NCBI GenBank assembly: GCA_964106645.2
Contig: OZ067038.1
Source: Podarcis pityusensis
Taxonomy: Eukaryota
Length of the DNA: 64,000 nucleotides
Reading direction: 5' to 3' (one strand)
The translations under genes and the position numbers were made by a program. Shown piece by piece: positions 24,564-38,212 of this stretch; within the stretch, counting starts at the first letter, position 1; every line of letters begins with the position of its first letter. Under the pieces are notes generated by a model. That model made no database searches. It worked only from the letters and a program-made list of their open reading frames with translations, and was not told the DNA's origin.

Positions 24564-25499
24564 AATTCTTTCAAAAAATGGCTTCTAATCCATTTTATGG
24601 CTTTAGGAGCTCTGTCTTTGAATTTACTGACAACTAATATTATGGTAAATTGCTCTTCCGAGAAGTACTGCAGGCTTTGGCAGTTTCATGGGAGCACAAG
24701 GTGGGTGGGATGGAATAGCAGCTCTTTCCCCTAAACTGACATACCATGTGCTGTCGCTGAAATGCCACTAAACTGCAGCCCATCTTGTGAAATGATATGT
24801 TCATAATTCCGCACAGAAGAAGATGTCTAGTTGCAGGGAGGAAATGGTTCAGGGAGAGGGATCGTAATCAAACAAATTGAGAAAGGTGTCTTAAAACATT
24901 ACGGCAAAACCTTACTAGAATCGGCGCAGCGATGAGCATCATTTAGGCAAACGTTTCGAGAAGCAGATGTAGTTGGAGGAAAAGTGGCTGTGGTTGCGGG
25001 GGGAGAGGATTGAAAGTATAAAAGAAGACACCCCCCCTAAAAAAAACACTGCATCGTTCCCCCATCGTCTCTTATGGCCACGGCTAAGAATTTACATATT
25101 GAGAGAATATGTTTTTCTAACAAATGTAATGGGGGGTTTGTTGGAAGAGGCCAAGGTGGTAAAGTTCCCCAACAATGAATTTAATGTAAGCCCAAGTGAA
25201 ATATTTATTTACTTTGCCAAAAGTGAGAATATGGTTCTGTTAAAAAGATCTGACAGAAGTAACATGGTGTTTGATGCAGGGAAGCTGACAGCGGCATGGA
25301 GTGAGCGCTGATTATCCTGAAGACACTGTCAGCTAGGATTGATTTCTACTTTCTCCCTTTATGTAACGGTTCCTGTAATACAGCTGACCCCAAATCACGT
25401 TACCTTGTCATCTCTCTGAATGGATCAAGAAGAGATGAGCTGAAAATAGCTAGGCACTGACCTTGAACTTGCCAGAACAGTGAGAAGTGACAGTGGCTT

Positions 25500-25536
25500 T
25501 GTGTATGTGTGTGTGTATGTGTGTGTGAGAGAGAGT
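25500..25536. repeat. Imperfect (GT)n(GA)n microsatellite
   Basis: tgtgtatgtgtgtgtgtatgtgtgtgtgagagagagt. Confidence 0.85.
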
Positions 25537-28500
25537 GGGTTTCATGTACAAAGACAGCCAAGCTGCTTTTCAGTCCAGTTCACTACAGCAGCACAAGGGG
25601 GCAGAGCAGCATTAGAGATTACAGGTGAAGCCAATATTCAACTTGCTTCCTTCCCTGCTGCAAAAGTGCTTGCTTGTGCCAGTCAGATATTATTATTTTT
25701 TGTTATCGTACCAGTGAAGTCTTGTATAAAAAGCAGATTGACTGAAGTCTTGAGTAAAATTTGGACCTAACTGAAGAGTCCGAGTAGAACCTGACGGTGA
25801 CTTCCTACACCTTGAATTCCTTGCTCACCTGTGCCGATGAATGAGAAACCAAATCTAGAAAATAAAATGCCAAACAATATCAGAAATGGCAGGCTACCTC
25901 CATGAGCTCCATGGTCCACAGTGCATCTGAACTACCTTCCTTTTGAAGCCAATATGAGAGAGAATAAATAGAGTTGCATACATGAAAAGGCTCATATAGT
26001 TGGTAGGTTTCTACTTTTCTTATTTATTTATTTTTAAATCTAAGTTTGTGGCATGTTAGTATGCAAATTGCGCTCTTCAGTTCACCCCTCATTTGTCGTG
26101 CACACGTACCTTAGAAAAGATGCCAACACAGATAGTTATGATAGACATCTATTAACGTGCCTGATGCCTAGAAAAAAGATACTCATCTACTGTGTTTTCT
26201 CCTTTCCAACTTTTTTCCTTAGCATTTTAATGGAATCTTGGCATCCCTGGTATCAAAAGCCCTCTGCATCGAGGCACCTGGCTTCAGTGTTGTTTTCCAC
26301 AGTGAAACATTGCTGAGAGCTGACATGTGTTAAGGATGTGTCTATTTTATGTTTCATTTTGTCGTGGTCTCGTTCCCCCCACGCCCCCTTTACTGAGCTT
26401 CAAGCAGGAAAACCATGTTTCTCAACTTGGCAAAGGGGCTATTGATAAAATGAGGGCATGCATGCCCCCTCAATATGGCTTCATTGCTTGGTCATAATCT
26501 AAATTCTTAAGTCCTTTGATTTCAGGCTTTGACTGCAGCACATGCATTCTGGGCTAGACACCCTTGCTTTGCAACTCCCAGATCTTAAGGGGCTCTTAAA
26601 CATTCATGTTGGCTTTTAGCTTGGCAATCTGGAGGTGGAGCTACTTCAAAATCTTCCTTTGGTATGAAAGCAGTTCTCTAAAGAGATCTTGTTCCTTATG
26701 TACAACCTGGTTGAAAGGTATGGGCTAGAGGAAAAATGTTCCCCTGGAGTTTTGTTCCTGCTTTCATTGTGCTAGGCTTTTAATAAGGGACCCTATTCCC
26801 TGACGTGCTAGAAGTGAGTTTATTGCTACCATCTGTTTAATTGCCCTCTCAGTTTTCTTTGGGGAATCATGAAAGTATTTTACCCTGCCTTTGAATCTCT
26901 TGGTTCTTTTAAAAGACTGGGTAAAGTACACATCAATTTCCAAAGAGTATATTAAAAACTGATAAACAGCAGCATCTCTGAACAGTAAAACTCAAGGAAA
27001 ACAATTTTTTAGATGAATGTTTGTTGTTTGTTATCAGCAAACACGGTGCTTGCTGTACAAGTAAATAAACAGGGTTGTGGGCTTTTGAGTTGTTCATTTT
27101 GCTTTTAGCTTTTCCTCATCTGAAATTGTTATTTTTTTATTATTTCTATCTCATAATTTCTTATTAAGCATAGTTTATACAGCCCTCTTACCAAGGATAT
27201 CACAGAAATGAAGTTGTATCTTGAAACATACACGTGTTTTAAGGAGAGCTGTGACCACTGGGGTACAAATAACTCTAAATGGAACCCCAAACTCTATGTG
27301 TGGGTCCATTACACATTCCTAGAAACAATAATTGTAATAACTGTATGTAAACTTTGTATTACACACTATGAAGTAAAGCAGGACACTTCCAAAACTATCT
27401 TATGGTAACCATGATTTGAAGAATAATACAGGTCACCATGGTTCTGAAAGTGCTGGTGTTCTGTAGTAGATAAGTGGCTGGATTTGAACCACCTGAGTTC
27501 AAATTTCACCTCAGCTGTGAAGCTGCTTCATTATCTCTTAGGCTACCTTACCTTCATGTATTCATTATGAGAAAAGCAAGGGACAACACCTGTAAAACCT
27601 GAGCTTTGTGAAGGTGATGTATTTTACTTTTTAAATAACTCCTGTTGCTTTTCTCAAGGTCTGCATGATTACTAAGACATACTGCAAATTCTTTATAAGC
27701 ATCTGTTTGAAGTGGAGGAATTGCAATGCTAAATACATATAGAAAATACTGCTCAGAGGAGTGGTGGCACTGAAGAATACACATTCTGTAACATTTGTAT
27801 TATTTTGTTAAAATTGGGAAAATCAGCTCCCTTCCATGTACATGTCATGCTCAAAATGCTATTAGAGTCGAAATATGTAGGTACTGAAACTGAGAAGATT
27901 TGATCAAATTTCCCACAGCTAGTTTTGGGCACCTGACCTGCTTAGTTTCCCACAGGGGAAAAGAAAGCTCTGTTTCTTTAAATTCCCAATGAGAAGGGAC
28001 ATGTGTCTCCTTGCATTGAGTTACATTACATCACATCATGTGGCACAAAGTGACCCAACTCAACGTGACAGGAGAAGTAAAGAAAACAGATTCTTTTAAC
28101 CATGCGTGTATATATGTATAGACCACTTTTAACAAAATGATGGCAATAAAGATATAATGAAGGGAGATGTGTACTTTTTCCACAGAGCCTAATAACATAG
28201 ACTGCAGAGCTTGTCAATTCTACTTTACACAACTTAAATTACAACAGGCATTAAGAGTGTTGCTTGCCATAGACAAAGAATAATCAAATGTTGCTTCTGC
28301 CTAAAGCAGTCATTTTTTATTAAAATGTAATAGGTCGCTGTATATACATTTTTAAAAGTAATTATTGATTTGGGTCCCAGTTCAACTGAACATGTATGCA
28401 GCAGTGGGGTATTGGCTGTAGTGCCTCCACTGAGCTCACAACTAAGTCCTGTGATTCAGAGATGTAATTTGTGAGAACCAGCACTCCCCTTCCTATAGGG

Positions 28501-31500
28501 TTTATATGTACAATCCTAAAAGTACAGCTGAAAACTGTAGGGGTATATGTAGACCTGAGGGGAAGTGCACAGTGCCTGGCCACTTATATGGAGGGCACTG
28601 CATCATTCATCCCAACATGAATCTGTATATTAACATTAGAAAAATATCTAAGCCTCAGTTTAGAGGTACAGTCAGCACCTGAATCCATTTCAGTCAGCAC
28701 TTGAATGCATGAACTGACTCCACTGAAAAATATTGTTTGAAGTGACAGGAAAATTATGCTGGTTTGATTTGTAATTGCTTGTTCACACATGGTAGTTGTT
28801 GTCTGATGATGGAGCCATCAAGCGATGAACACAGAATGCTGCAGCAACTTTGTGTATATCAAGTTTTGTCTGTGTAGCTCCTTGCCTGATATTATGGTGG
28901 CTGATGGAACTTTGAAACACTATTTTATCTATCAGAAACTTGTGATACTTTAAAAAAAACCAACCTCCCCCCCCCCCGAGCAGCGACTACAAAATATTTG
29001 TACCTGATAAATTCTAAACTGCATTAATGCACAAAGTGTGGCTGCCCATGGTTACAGTTATTGAAGTTGTAACTGAAATGATGTCTTGCTTATTTGATCT
29101 TCAACCAGTAGCTCTTATCCGGAAGCTTTTGTTTCACATTAAAGACACTAACGATTGTCTCCACAAAGTGAGCAGCTTAATAGTCAGAAAATGTTAAACC
29201 AGGGTGTGGAGGGGGTTGATAATCACCTTTGATAGCTCTTCATTGCAACATCATATACCAGCCATGAACTGCAAGCCAAGTATTAATAGATCTGTTTAAT
29301 AAAACAACTCAAAGTCCAATCTTAAACAGGATTTATTAGCTTGTGCTCCTCTAGGCAAAGCCACAATTATTCAGTTTATACCTGAAAAGGGAGTGAGGAA
29401 TGTTTTCCCTGCTCCTGCATCAAAACTGCTCAGTTTGTGTGTATGAAATGACAGCTTCCACCTTCCTCTTTTGAATCCAGCTTCTAGTTTTTCAGAGGGA
29501 GAGGGAAGAGAATCATAAACACACTGTTCATCTGCTATAGAGCTGCTGTGACTGCCTTTAGGCAGGTAACTATGGGCCTGTGTTCCCATCCATGGTGTCT
29601 GCATTGGGTAATGGCTGACTACCAAGTTTGTTGAATGATAGACACATCTTTATCCCCACTGCAACTTTTCCCCCAATTGCAGAACTTTAATTTCTCCTTT
29701 AGGAATGAATGACAGCCATTCCGTTTGTAAGGACATATCCTGGGGTACTCAGAGTAAAACCCAACAGAATTCAATGGGATCTTCTGAAACCTTAGTCAGA
29801 TTTTCAGGTGCCATGGGACCCAAACTAGGGCTTTTGTGGTTCTGGTTAAGATATCTTTGTTAATATCAAAGTAAAATGCTGCTTCTCAGCTCTAGAGTCC
29901 AAATGAAAGAGAACAGTATGTAATTTCAGCCACCTTTTAACTGTTGAAAGAGAAAGAAAAACACTCAAAAGCAACTTAGTTTTTTAAAGGAAAATAAAAG
30001 AACAATACTTTTGTAATTCTGCATTTCTGATGAAAATCACATATAGGGGTTCTTGAAGAATTCAGTCTTTGTAAATTCCTAAGAATGTACCTCTCATCTA
30101 CTGGGTAACTGGCCTAATGTGTGGATCAGAACTTAAGTTAGCCACTGGATTTTTGATGTTCACGTGTTCCGGTGCAGTGCTCTGTTTTAAAAAAAACATA
30201 TTAAAATGTCTAGACAAACAAGCTTTGATGTACAATGGGGTATACTATGTATGTATGGTATTACCCTTCTAAGTATTGCCCTTCTTGGAATTACAAATCT
30301 GGCTTTTGCTCAAATTGGAAAAAAAGCTTCCTCCTAAGATCAAATCCCTAAATTTTATCTTGATGAAATAATGTTTGATCAGTGGATGATCAAAATGAGG
30401 AATCTCTTCTTTGAAGTTTGATTGACACAGGTGATTCTGAAGTCAGAAACATGTTTGGTCATATAATGTACTGTAGAACTCAGCTCTGAAAGAAGAGGCA
30501 CTATGAGAGGCATGGGAATATAAAGTGTTCAAACTTTTAATTTGGTCATTTTTACTGTCTGTGAATACGAATTCCCTTACCTGATTACTGTGTGAAATGT
30601 ACCATGTACTGGAATCCAGGAAGATAGTCTTTCAGTTGTAATTGTGAGTTTAAACAATGGAAAGACATCTTCCCTAACATCTTTCCTGGGAACGGTTCAT
30701 ACCAGATAAATGTAGCCATCAGCAGACAGCCGTGTTTTATTTGTGATGCATTCTGACTTTGTTTATTAAGTAATCATTTCTGGGTACAAGTGTCAACACA
30801 ATTTGCTTTTTGAATAATGTGAAGCAGATAACCTCAATTAGCAAGCAATTACGGTAATTTTCATACTAAACGCTCTCCTTAATTGTTTTCGAAACCTGAA
30901 ACTAAAACTGTAATAAATAATGAATGGTGAGAATACATTGATTTAAGGGGCTCCATGGTGATTTTTCTATAGAGATGTGCTCAACCTACCAAGCAAAATT
31001 CCAAAAACCAGTATGGGTTCAATGTGGATTTGGCCGGCTGGGATAAAAGGCTTAATCATGGACTTATACTTTGCCTTCTTCCTCACAGTAACTCTTCCTT
31101 ATATCTCCTCTTATAAGATACCATGTTCTTCTGTTCTTCTGTTCCTTCTAGAATCTATCCAATACACGCTCCTTCCTGAACTTATTTAATCTGATAGATG
31201 TCCTGCTCTGATAGATTTCTGTTAAAAGAACCCTAGTTTTCTTTTGGCCATTATCTATTGCCTCATCCACTGAAGTACCCACTATTTCCACTTATGTCTA
31301 CTTATACTTTTAAACTAGGCTGCCAAATCCATATGGGGATCTGAGAGATGAGGGAAAGGGTGGGTTGGCCATATGAAGCTGTAATTTAAATACCGTGGAA
31401 CACGCTGGATGTTGTATATCCTATGGCAGTTTGTTCAGTAGCTCTGTTTTGTAAAATCTGCATGCATTGTTGCTCAGATCCAAGACTTGTGAAGCCTGTG

Positions 31501-34500
31501 AACCCGTTTATTCACTCCTGTCTTTCAGGGGACCCCATAAGAGCACCAAAAGAAATAGCTGCTCAACGATTTGTTTTTTACTGGATTTTTTTTTTAATAA
31601 ACGTGACAGAAACCCAGTCAATAATATGAATTTAATACCTGCAGTGGGTTGAATGTATGTTTAAATTGAAACAGGTCTATTCCTCAGTATTAACAGCATT
31701 CACACATGCTCACAAATGGGAGTGGGGGAACAGGATCAAAAAATTAGTGTCACGTGCAAAAATGCCCTCACACCTTATTTTCGGATCATAAGATCACTAT
31801 TTTTATAGTCAGTTGTTCAGGCTGTTGCAATAAACCTCACAACGTAGTAGAAATACCAACAGAAGCATCTTCCAAAGTGTGAAGGAAGAAAGTTTGTAGG
31901 AAAGGGCAATGCTAATGGTACTGGATATAACAGGGCACTTTAATATTTAATTGTGCGGCTTTGTCTTAAGGTTCTAAACGGTCTGTTAATAAATGCCCCA
32001 TAGTAAGCAGGGTCATGTGTATTACTTCAAATGGATAAACAACAGCCCAGATTCAACTAATGAGCTGTTCTAGCAGGAACTGGCAGTGCAATGGGGCTTT
32101 CTCCCTTCCCCTCCCCATGTGTCCCCCATCAGCTCTGGGGGCTTGGGAGAACTCCCAGAGCAGCATGCAAGGTGAGGAGAGGGCAAGTGTGCCTTCTAGG
32201 AAGCAGAAATACTTGTGCTAATGGAACAGTCCTTGTAATGAATTCACCGCACCACGTGTGTTCTGTGCCCCTGGTCAGATTATAGGAAGTGCTAGCCTCC
32301 TATCTAAGGTGAGGAACCTGCAGGCCTCAAAATGTTGCTGCACAGCAACTCCCATCATCCGTAGCTGTTGGCCGTATATGTGAAAGGCTGCACCTGTTAA
32401 AATTCCCAACAAGTGGAAAGAATTGACTGAGGGTATCTGCAGTCCATCACAGGGACAGATAGCAACTACTCTGGAGTAATGTTTTGGGGGAAATTCAGTT
32501 AATGATATAGTAAGCACAGGTTCTGAGCATCTAAAAGATTTCACTGATGAGTAAAAACATATATGTTTAAAAAGTGTTTTATGTAATTTTGTGACATATG
32601 CCTAAACATAAACAAGGCTCCAAGCAGCGGCAATGAGAAACATTTTGTGGGATCCCCTCCCTGCACCCCAATCCCTTATTCACCTTGTTAATGTAGATGT
32701 CCACTGCAGTCTGTTAGATGTCTAAATAGTTGAAAGTTGCACTCAGATGTTACAGGTGGTGTGTGGTTTATAGTTTTAGCCATTCTACACTGTACACTGC
32801 TTCATCCACACTGTTAACAATAGTACATATTTCATCCGTCGTCTTCTAATTATTGTTAACTTCAGCAAGCACCATTGCAAAATCCATCAAAAATGAGTTT
32901 TCACAGCAGTGCTTTATGTGGCCATTGATTTTCTCTCGTGTGGTTTTTCTTCATGTGCCTTGTTCTCGGTGACCCTGAGACTCAGCTTTGTTCTGGACTT
33001 GTAGCCCATGGCAGTAAAGTGGGGGAGATGAGGCATGAGCTGAGATGTAGAGCATGCATAAAGGAGACGACATGTAAAAACTGAAATGACATGGCAGCTG
33101 AAACATCTTGTTGCTCATCCGGGTTGCATGTTTGAGGAGAGAATGGGAAGTAAATTGTGATATGCAACTGAATAACAGCCGACAGGGTGGATGGTTTTAA
33201 GGTATGCGGATGCTCAGTCACATAGTGCAGGCAGAAGGCCAAAGGACAAGGAGCTGTTGGGTGTCCTTACAGTCAGATTGTAGCCTTATAGCCTAAAAAG
33301 ACGAGGAGGCATTGATTTACAAAAACATAAAACACAGAGCTCATCTAAACTCTGGAAAGACAGAGAGCACCAGGCTTTAAAATGAATTCGACATGCTGTT
33401 TTATAACAATTTGAAATTCAATAGCTATCATATGTGACATAATATTTTTGCACCTTAAGTATCTAATTGTTATGTATGCTTGCTACTAATAATAATGGCA
33501 CACCTGCCTCATGTCATAGGAAGCGTACATCAGTCACTGAAACATGCATGGCTTTGTGATTTTCCCATTAAGCTTGTAGCATTGTTTTTCAGCTCTAACC
33601 TAAGGCTTTGTCTGTACCAGCTATTGCACTTAAGTTATTCCTAGGACTCACCTGTGTCCCAGGAGACCCTTGATCTGACCTTTATGTGCTTAAAGATGAT
33701 GTGCAAAATCGCAGGCATAACTTGCAAATAAATCCTCTGGCAACCAGAACTCTAGCCAGCTGCTTTAAAGGGTGGGTTGGAAGCTTTGTTGCTGTGCAGA
33801 TTCTTTGAAGTGGGCACCTTCCTGGTCTAGTTACTTTTATTGAAGTGAAGTGTTTCCCTTTCCTAATCACAAAGTAATTAGACCACATTCTGCTTATGAA
33901 ATAATTACCGGGAGGAAAGGAACCTGTTTCTTAAGCAGGCTGTAGGCATGCTCAGGCCCGAACACACAAATGCTCAAACTGTGAGGGGGGGACAGAGGTA
34001 CACATGCAAGCTCCACTCCCAACACCCCCAGGGATGTGGGCTCCTCTTTAGATCTTTGTGTGATTAAGCCCTGTTAAGGCAGGGCTCCCAATCACTGAGC
34101 CATTTCTGAAAGCATTCAGCTACGTGTGCTGAACCTCCCTTCAGACCACCATGTTAAAGGCCCAGTGGTCTGAGGAGGCTCCCGCACACTTAGAGACAGG
34201 GATTGTATGTATGCCCTCATCCATGCTTTGAGCACTTGTACATTCACATGAATGCCTGACCACAAGTTGTAGAGCACGAAAAGCTCCAGCCATCTTGCCT
34301 ACCTGAAACAGCAGGCTGCAAGGCCTATCTATTTGCAGTTTTATTTTTAAGCATCTGTTCTAGCATGTCAGTTCTGGAGTTTTCTTTAGCCAACATTCAC
34401 AGGATTTATCACTGTAGGAAATGTCTACCTTTGATTCATTCTCAGTGGAGAAAACCCAGAAGAGCCATAATTGGGAGTGCTACCTTGGATATGAAGAGGA

Positions 34501-37429
34501 CTGCACCTGCTGTTCCAATGGCCTTACCCTTGGAAGCGCAACTGGTGCAAACAGTCCTAACTGATTAAGACTACCCCTGAGTTGAAGACTACAATCCAAG
34601 GGTGTTTGTCGCACAGTTTTGAGGCACTTATTCATTATGGTCCAAGCCACTGAAGGGGCCACGTGCCCTTCTTCACACACAGATAATTGGAACGAAAACA
34701 AAACAAATGTGATGCTGTTGCTGAGCTCACTGTCTGAACAAGCTGTCTCAGTAGAAACATCAAGGTACTAGGCAATATCATCACATTTGAAATGAATTGA
34801 CTATCCACCTTGTTTGCTTTCCAGCTTTCCTAATTTATTGGCTGTATTTGTTTTTCTTATCTATCCTGTGACATACAAGGAAATGGAGGAAGAGATAGAG
34901 AAATGGCTATTCCCCAGGTTGGGGTTTTCTTGTTTGCTTTTTGTCAATTTACTTTTGGCCCTTTTTTCATTTATTATATTGTTCTCAGAAGTACTTTAAG
35001 AAACTTTAGACCTTAAAATTATAATAAAAAGATGTATTTCACAAAAGAAAACTTAGCCCTCAGACAGTTCTCTGTGGAATAATAAAACAAACATATGCCC
35101 GCATCCAAAGCCCCTTCGTGAAATGAAACCGAATGCTGAGAAGGAATCCCATGACCTTCACAAGCAGGAGAGCCTCTTCAATTTAAAGCAAAAGAAACAA
35201 AAATATTGCCCTGCTTTAAAAATGCCACAGTCGTCTTTAATTAAATACTCAACTCTGAATGAGACACTTTTTGCTGCTGTTGTTTATACTTACAAATATT
35301 TTGATCAGGACTAAATTTAAAATGTGTGTTTTGTGAATAAACTTCCTTGGCTGCTCTTTCTTTATTGGTGCCATAATTTTGACTTATGGGTATTTTGATC
35401 CTGTGTAGAGGCTAGCTGCGGCTGCATGATGATAATCTAAATTATAGTCTGATTTCCATTCTAGCAGCTTTTTCCTCCCCCACCCCCAACAATCACCTTA
35501 GTTTCAGGCAGTCATCTTTGTGATAATAGAGGTATTGATAGAAAGAGCTATTGAAAGCATTCCCCTTTCTATAGCTTTATCATTGTATTATATTTGTTTG
35601 TTTGCTTGTTTGTTTGGAAATGGTATGCCGCCTTTGAGACTTTTACAACAGAAAGATGGTATATAAATATCTTAAATAAGAAATCACAATTTTTTGCTTG
35701 GCATGCTAAGTACGCACAGTTTTGATTAACTGCAACACAGCACACAGTGTTAGCATAGAGGAAGGACTTCCTGCAGGAGAAAAAGTGATCACTTACAATA
35801 TTTTGCAGGCTGCCCATCTAAACCCATCATTGCCTGGCACCTACACACTAAGGGCAAGGTTCCAGCGAACTTGTGAGTGGGCAGCATGCCATCTGAACAG
35901 ATGGGCATGGAAGTAGGCAGCCAGTAGACCATGTATGTGCATCAACTGTGGGTGTTGAGGGCAAGATTCCCAATGGAGAGTGTCCAAACAGCTGTCTGGC
36001 CTGAGCCAACATGCCTACGACCAAGGAAGAGTGCCATCCCTAAATCCTGCTGAGTTGGATTAACCTTCAAAAAATAAAAATTGCTTCTGCAGTAGCATAA
36101 GGTGAGCTTTTGGCTTGTTTAAATCTGGGAGAATGAATTAGGCAGGCGAGATAAAAAGAAGCACTAATGAAGCATCCACTAGAGGGGAATAAATATAGGG
36201 CAAGGAGTATTAAAAATACCACTAACACAAGGGCATTTCTCAGTAGATATTAGCCAGCAGTTTGTAGCATTCTTGTTAACTCTTCAGCTCCCGGAATGGT
36301 AAAAACTTTCAAAAAGGGCAACATTCCAGCAGAACTGAAACACCCTTCTGGTGGAGCTATCACATTTTCCAATGTGTCATTTTAAATACACTGGGAACGT
36401 TGTTATGCCCTATTCTGCAGCTCTAGTTGTATGCGAGTATGAATGCGTGCATAAGAATGTGAATACTATGGATGCAGTTCTCAGCCCAGCAAATGAGTTG
36501 TCCTTAGCTAGATCACTTTATTAGTATCTAATTGTTTGATATAACAGGACACAATGGGAGAGAAAACTGCTGCTGCTTTTGCCAACAGCTTTGGTATTGG
36601 ACTTGAACCTGGGGAAACCACTCTTCATATTCTGTTCTTGATGGTCTTTGAACTTGATGATTCTTTAACTTCCGTTACCTATCTGTAAAATGGGAGTTAC
36701 TGTGACCTGTTTTTTAAAAGATGAGTTAAACATTTTGAAACATGCTATATTAATGCTTATTAAAACTCAACCAATAAACCTGGCTAAGTGCCATGGAAAC
36801 TTTATGAGAAAATTTTAAAAAATCATTGTAAAAATCAGAAAATGAAGCTGAGATTCAAGGCTTCAGCAACAGAAAGTCAAGTACAACTAGGATGTGATTG
36901 ATTATAAGTTCATGCACTAGTTTATATGTTATGTCTTTCATAGCAAACTCATTTGCAGCATTTTCCACTAGGTTTAGTTGTTTCATGCCTATAACTTGTA
37001 GCTCAATTTCCCATGTGAAATGGCTGCATAGGAATCATGTCCTACAACCATACGTTCTTAGTAATGGCAGGAAAGCTCAACATAAGACAGAGTAAGCCTA
37101 TACGTATATAGAGTAAGCAGCTCTACATACTACTGTAATTATGCCATTCTGAAGATTGGTTCAGGCTGATTCTACATATTGCCTATAATGTATGACCTGG
37201 CTCTAAGATGACTGATACAATTTCACATTTGTAACTGAGCAGATTTGGGTCGGGCCTACACTTGTGAGAGAGACCAAATGAGAACCTCATGTGTATTGCT
37301 TTAAGCCTCATACAAGAAGGATGTGACAAAAGAATAGCAGTGTTTCATAAAAGGAATGAATTGAGTCAGGGAACTAAGAATATAGCTTATCATTTTGTTG
37401 TAACTAAGATAATAAAAACAAAATATGAC

Positions 37430-37655
37430 CCCTGGCCTATATAGTCTAGTATCCTGTTCCCCAAAGTGGCCTCTCATGTCCCTTCAGGAAGTCCACAGGC
37501 AGGACATGAAAACCATAGGCTCTTCCTTTCTGTTGCCCACTCCCACCAGCTATTATTCAGTGATCAATAAGCTTGGGCTCTGAATTTGACCAGTCCCTTA
37601 GGCCATCTAAGATATTAGCCACCATCCCATCTTGCAGAAGTGAATTTCAAAAATT
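37430..37655 (-). mobile_element. Old CR1-type 3' fragment, same type as 1216-1415
   Basis: tagtctagtatcctgttccccaaagtggcc...ggaagtccacaggcaggacatg parallels the copy at 1.25 kb. Confidence 0.55.
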
Positions 37656-37872
37656 ATGTGCTGTATCATCAGACGTATACCCTAATTTTCCTTTAGAAAG
37701 TACAGAGCACATAAGCACCACAGCATTAGGTGTTCCCAGATCATTAAATGTGTCCACCATGTCTTGCTCCTTTTTATAAGTTGACCCAATCTTATAGGAG
37801 AACCTATTGATTTATATGTATACCTCCAACCTTATGGCTTTAGTTGCAACAGCAACCAAAATACAAAGTAAG

Positions 37873-38212
37873 TGTCAAGGAACTGACATCGGAGCTAGAG
37901 GTGGAGGGAAGGCTCTCTAATGATGCTGGAGAAGGGCCCAGCAGGGAGAGAGGCAGCTCAGCAGATGGGGAAGCAATTCAGTGCAACACCAGGAATAAGG
38001 AGGGGCAGATGGGGGAATCGGCGAGAGGGCTCCCAGACTCTTCACCGGACACCAGCGGGGAGAGCACTGGTCCTCCGCTACCCACGCCCTCCCTGCGCAG
38101 AAGACTTCCGCGCAGAGAAAGTAGGAGGAGACTGGGTGTCAAACAACTTTTATGTTGGAAAGGGTTTAAGAAACGCCCACTGACGGATTCTGCTAGCGAC
38201 TGAGGCAGCCAC
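37873..38212 (+). mobile_element. Probable LTR fragment (Gypsy-like solo LTR, incomplete)
   Basis: Abrupt purine- and CpG-rich block starting TGTCAAGGAACTG. No TSD or internal domains found. Confidence 0.5.
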
